A stretch of 32,000 bases of DNA from Thermodesulfobacterium commune DSM 2178 (GTDB lineage Bacteria > Desulfobacterota > Thermodesulfobacteria > Thermodesulfobacteriales > Thermodesulfobacteriaceae): positions 1,470,001 through 1,502,000 of the forward strand of contig NZ_CP008796.1 of assembly GCF_000734015.1 (NCBI RefSeq). Reading direction: 5' to 3'. The notes beneath the pieces are model-generated. The model saw only the letters and a program-made list of their open reading frames with translations. It searched no databases and was not told the DNA's origin. A program made the translations under genes and the position numbers. Shown here piece after piece: positions 31,311 through 32,000 of the stretch (positions are counted from its first letter, which is position 1; each line of letters begins with the position of its first letter).

Positions 31311-32000
31311 ATGGAAAAAAACGCCTCTTTGATAAAAAAGGCTATAAACACCATTAAATCTAAAGGTGATGTAGCTGTCATTCCTTATATCTGCTGCTGG
31401 GACCCTGACCTTGAAACCACAGAGGCTATCCTCTGGGAATTGGCTGAGGTTGAACCCGCCTGTATCGAGTTAGGTTTCCCTTTTTCCGACCCTGTTGCAG
31501 ATGGTCCAACCATCCAAAAAGCTATCGTGAGAGCCCTTGAACATCAACCTACCTTTGAAGCCTATTTTGAATTTATCTCAAGACTAAATCAAAAAGGATT
31601 CCCTTATCCTATTGTTTGCATGACCTACTATAACATCATCTACCGGTTCGGTTTGGAAAAAACCGTAGAACATGCTTTACAATCAGGTCTTGCTGGCTTT
31701 ATCATCCCGGACTTACCTATAGAAGAAGCCCAACCCTGGATAAAGGCAAACCAAAACTCAGGTCTTGCCACCATCTTTCTTGCAACCCCTACCTCCTCTG
31801 AAGATCGCATCCAAAAAATTGTTAAACACACCAAAGGATTTCTTTACTACGTTTCTATTACAGGTATAACAGGAGCCCGAGACTCTCTACCAGAAGACTT
31901 AGCAGATCGACTAAAAATCACTAAAAATCTTTGCGGAAATAATCTCCCTTTAGCCGTTGGGTTTGGCATCTCAAAAAAAGAACAAATAAAGCTTCTCTAT
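31311..32000 (+). CDS. trpA: Tryptophan synthase alpha chain (3'-truncated by the window edge)
   Basis: Not in the ORF track because it has no stop in the window. The frame is open for 230 codons from ATG at 31311: IPYICCWDPD, IELGFPFSDPVADGPTIQ, GFIIPDLP, YYVSITGITG and VGFGIS. The start is 5 nt after the trpB stop. Confidence 0.9.
   Translation, partial: MEKNASLIKKAINTIKSKGDVAVIPYICCWDPDLETTEAILWELAEVEPACIELGFPFSDPVADGPTIQKAIVRALEHQPTFEAYFEFISRLNQKGFPYPIVCMTYYNIIYRFGLEKTVEHALQSGLAGFIIPDLPIEEAQPWIKANQNSGLATIFLATPTSSEDRIQKIVKHTKGFLYYVSITGITGARDSLPEDLADRLKITKNLCGNNLPLAVGFGISKKEQIKLLY

Noticed and set aside
31640-31834. ORF 31640..31834 (-)
   Set aside because: It is antisense to the clearly recognisable trpA frame, which the track omits only because it has no stop in the window.
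1-32000. A search for CRISPR arrays, rRNA genes, or long tandem and inverted repeats
   Set aside because: No regularly spaced 25-40-bp direct repeats or rRNA-like conserved blocks were seen in any intergenic region. The only dispersed repeat family is the IS remnant described above.

Overview
AT-rich window, roughly 35-40% GC by eye, with K/E/I-rich proteins. It looks like a thermophilic bacterium, possibly a Thermodesulfobacteria- or Aquificae-like lineage; that guess comes only from protein style and an AhbD/NirJ-type radical SAM gene. No search tools were used, so every family call rests on motifs read from the translations.

Content, left to right:
(1) The last two genes of a poorly characterised RM-like defence module: a DUF1156-type methylase C-terminus running in from the window edge, abutting a DUF499-type P-loop ATPase.
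(2) A decayed IS fragment, then a secreted protein and coaBC.
(3) A tightly packed minus-strand six-gene unit: Fur-family regulator, FeoA-like protein, PilZ-PyrE fusion, solo PstS, membrane metallophosphoesterase and an AhbD/NirJ-like rSAM.
(4) A transposase pseudogene, an orphan rSAM/SPASM enzyme, a transmembrane-less MCP with a C-terminal Cache/PAS-like domain, and a third IS fragment.
(5) A six-gene LPS-core-type cluster: two GT4, one GT9, one GT-C/ArnT-like and two Kdo/WaaP-family kinases.
(6) A plus-strand unit of aroF, rSAM/SPASM-like, ATP-grasp and mtaB.
(7) A CDP-alcohol phosphatidyltransferase, a PIF1-type helicase with a WYL-like tail, and a C-terminal-domain-less topA.
(8) tRNA-Lys(CUU), followed by what looks like integrase debris.
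(9) trpB and the start of trpA.

I found no CRISPR array, rRNA or complete mobile element, and no complete, clear-cut novel multi-gene system. The best candidates for follow-up are the PilZ-OPRTase fusion and its odd operon, the aroF-coupled rSAM/ATP-grasp pair, the IS-scar-bracketed rSAM+MCP cargo, and the truncated DUF1156/DUF499 module.
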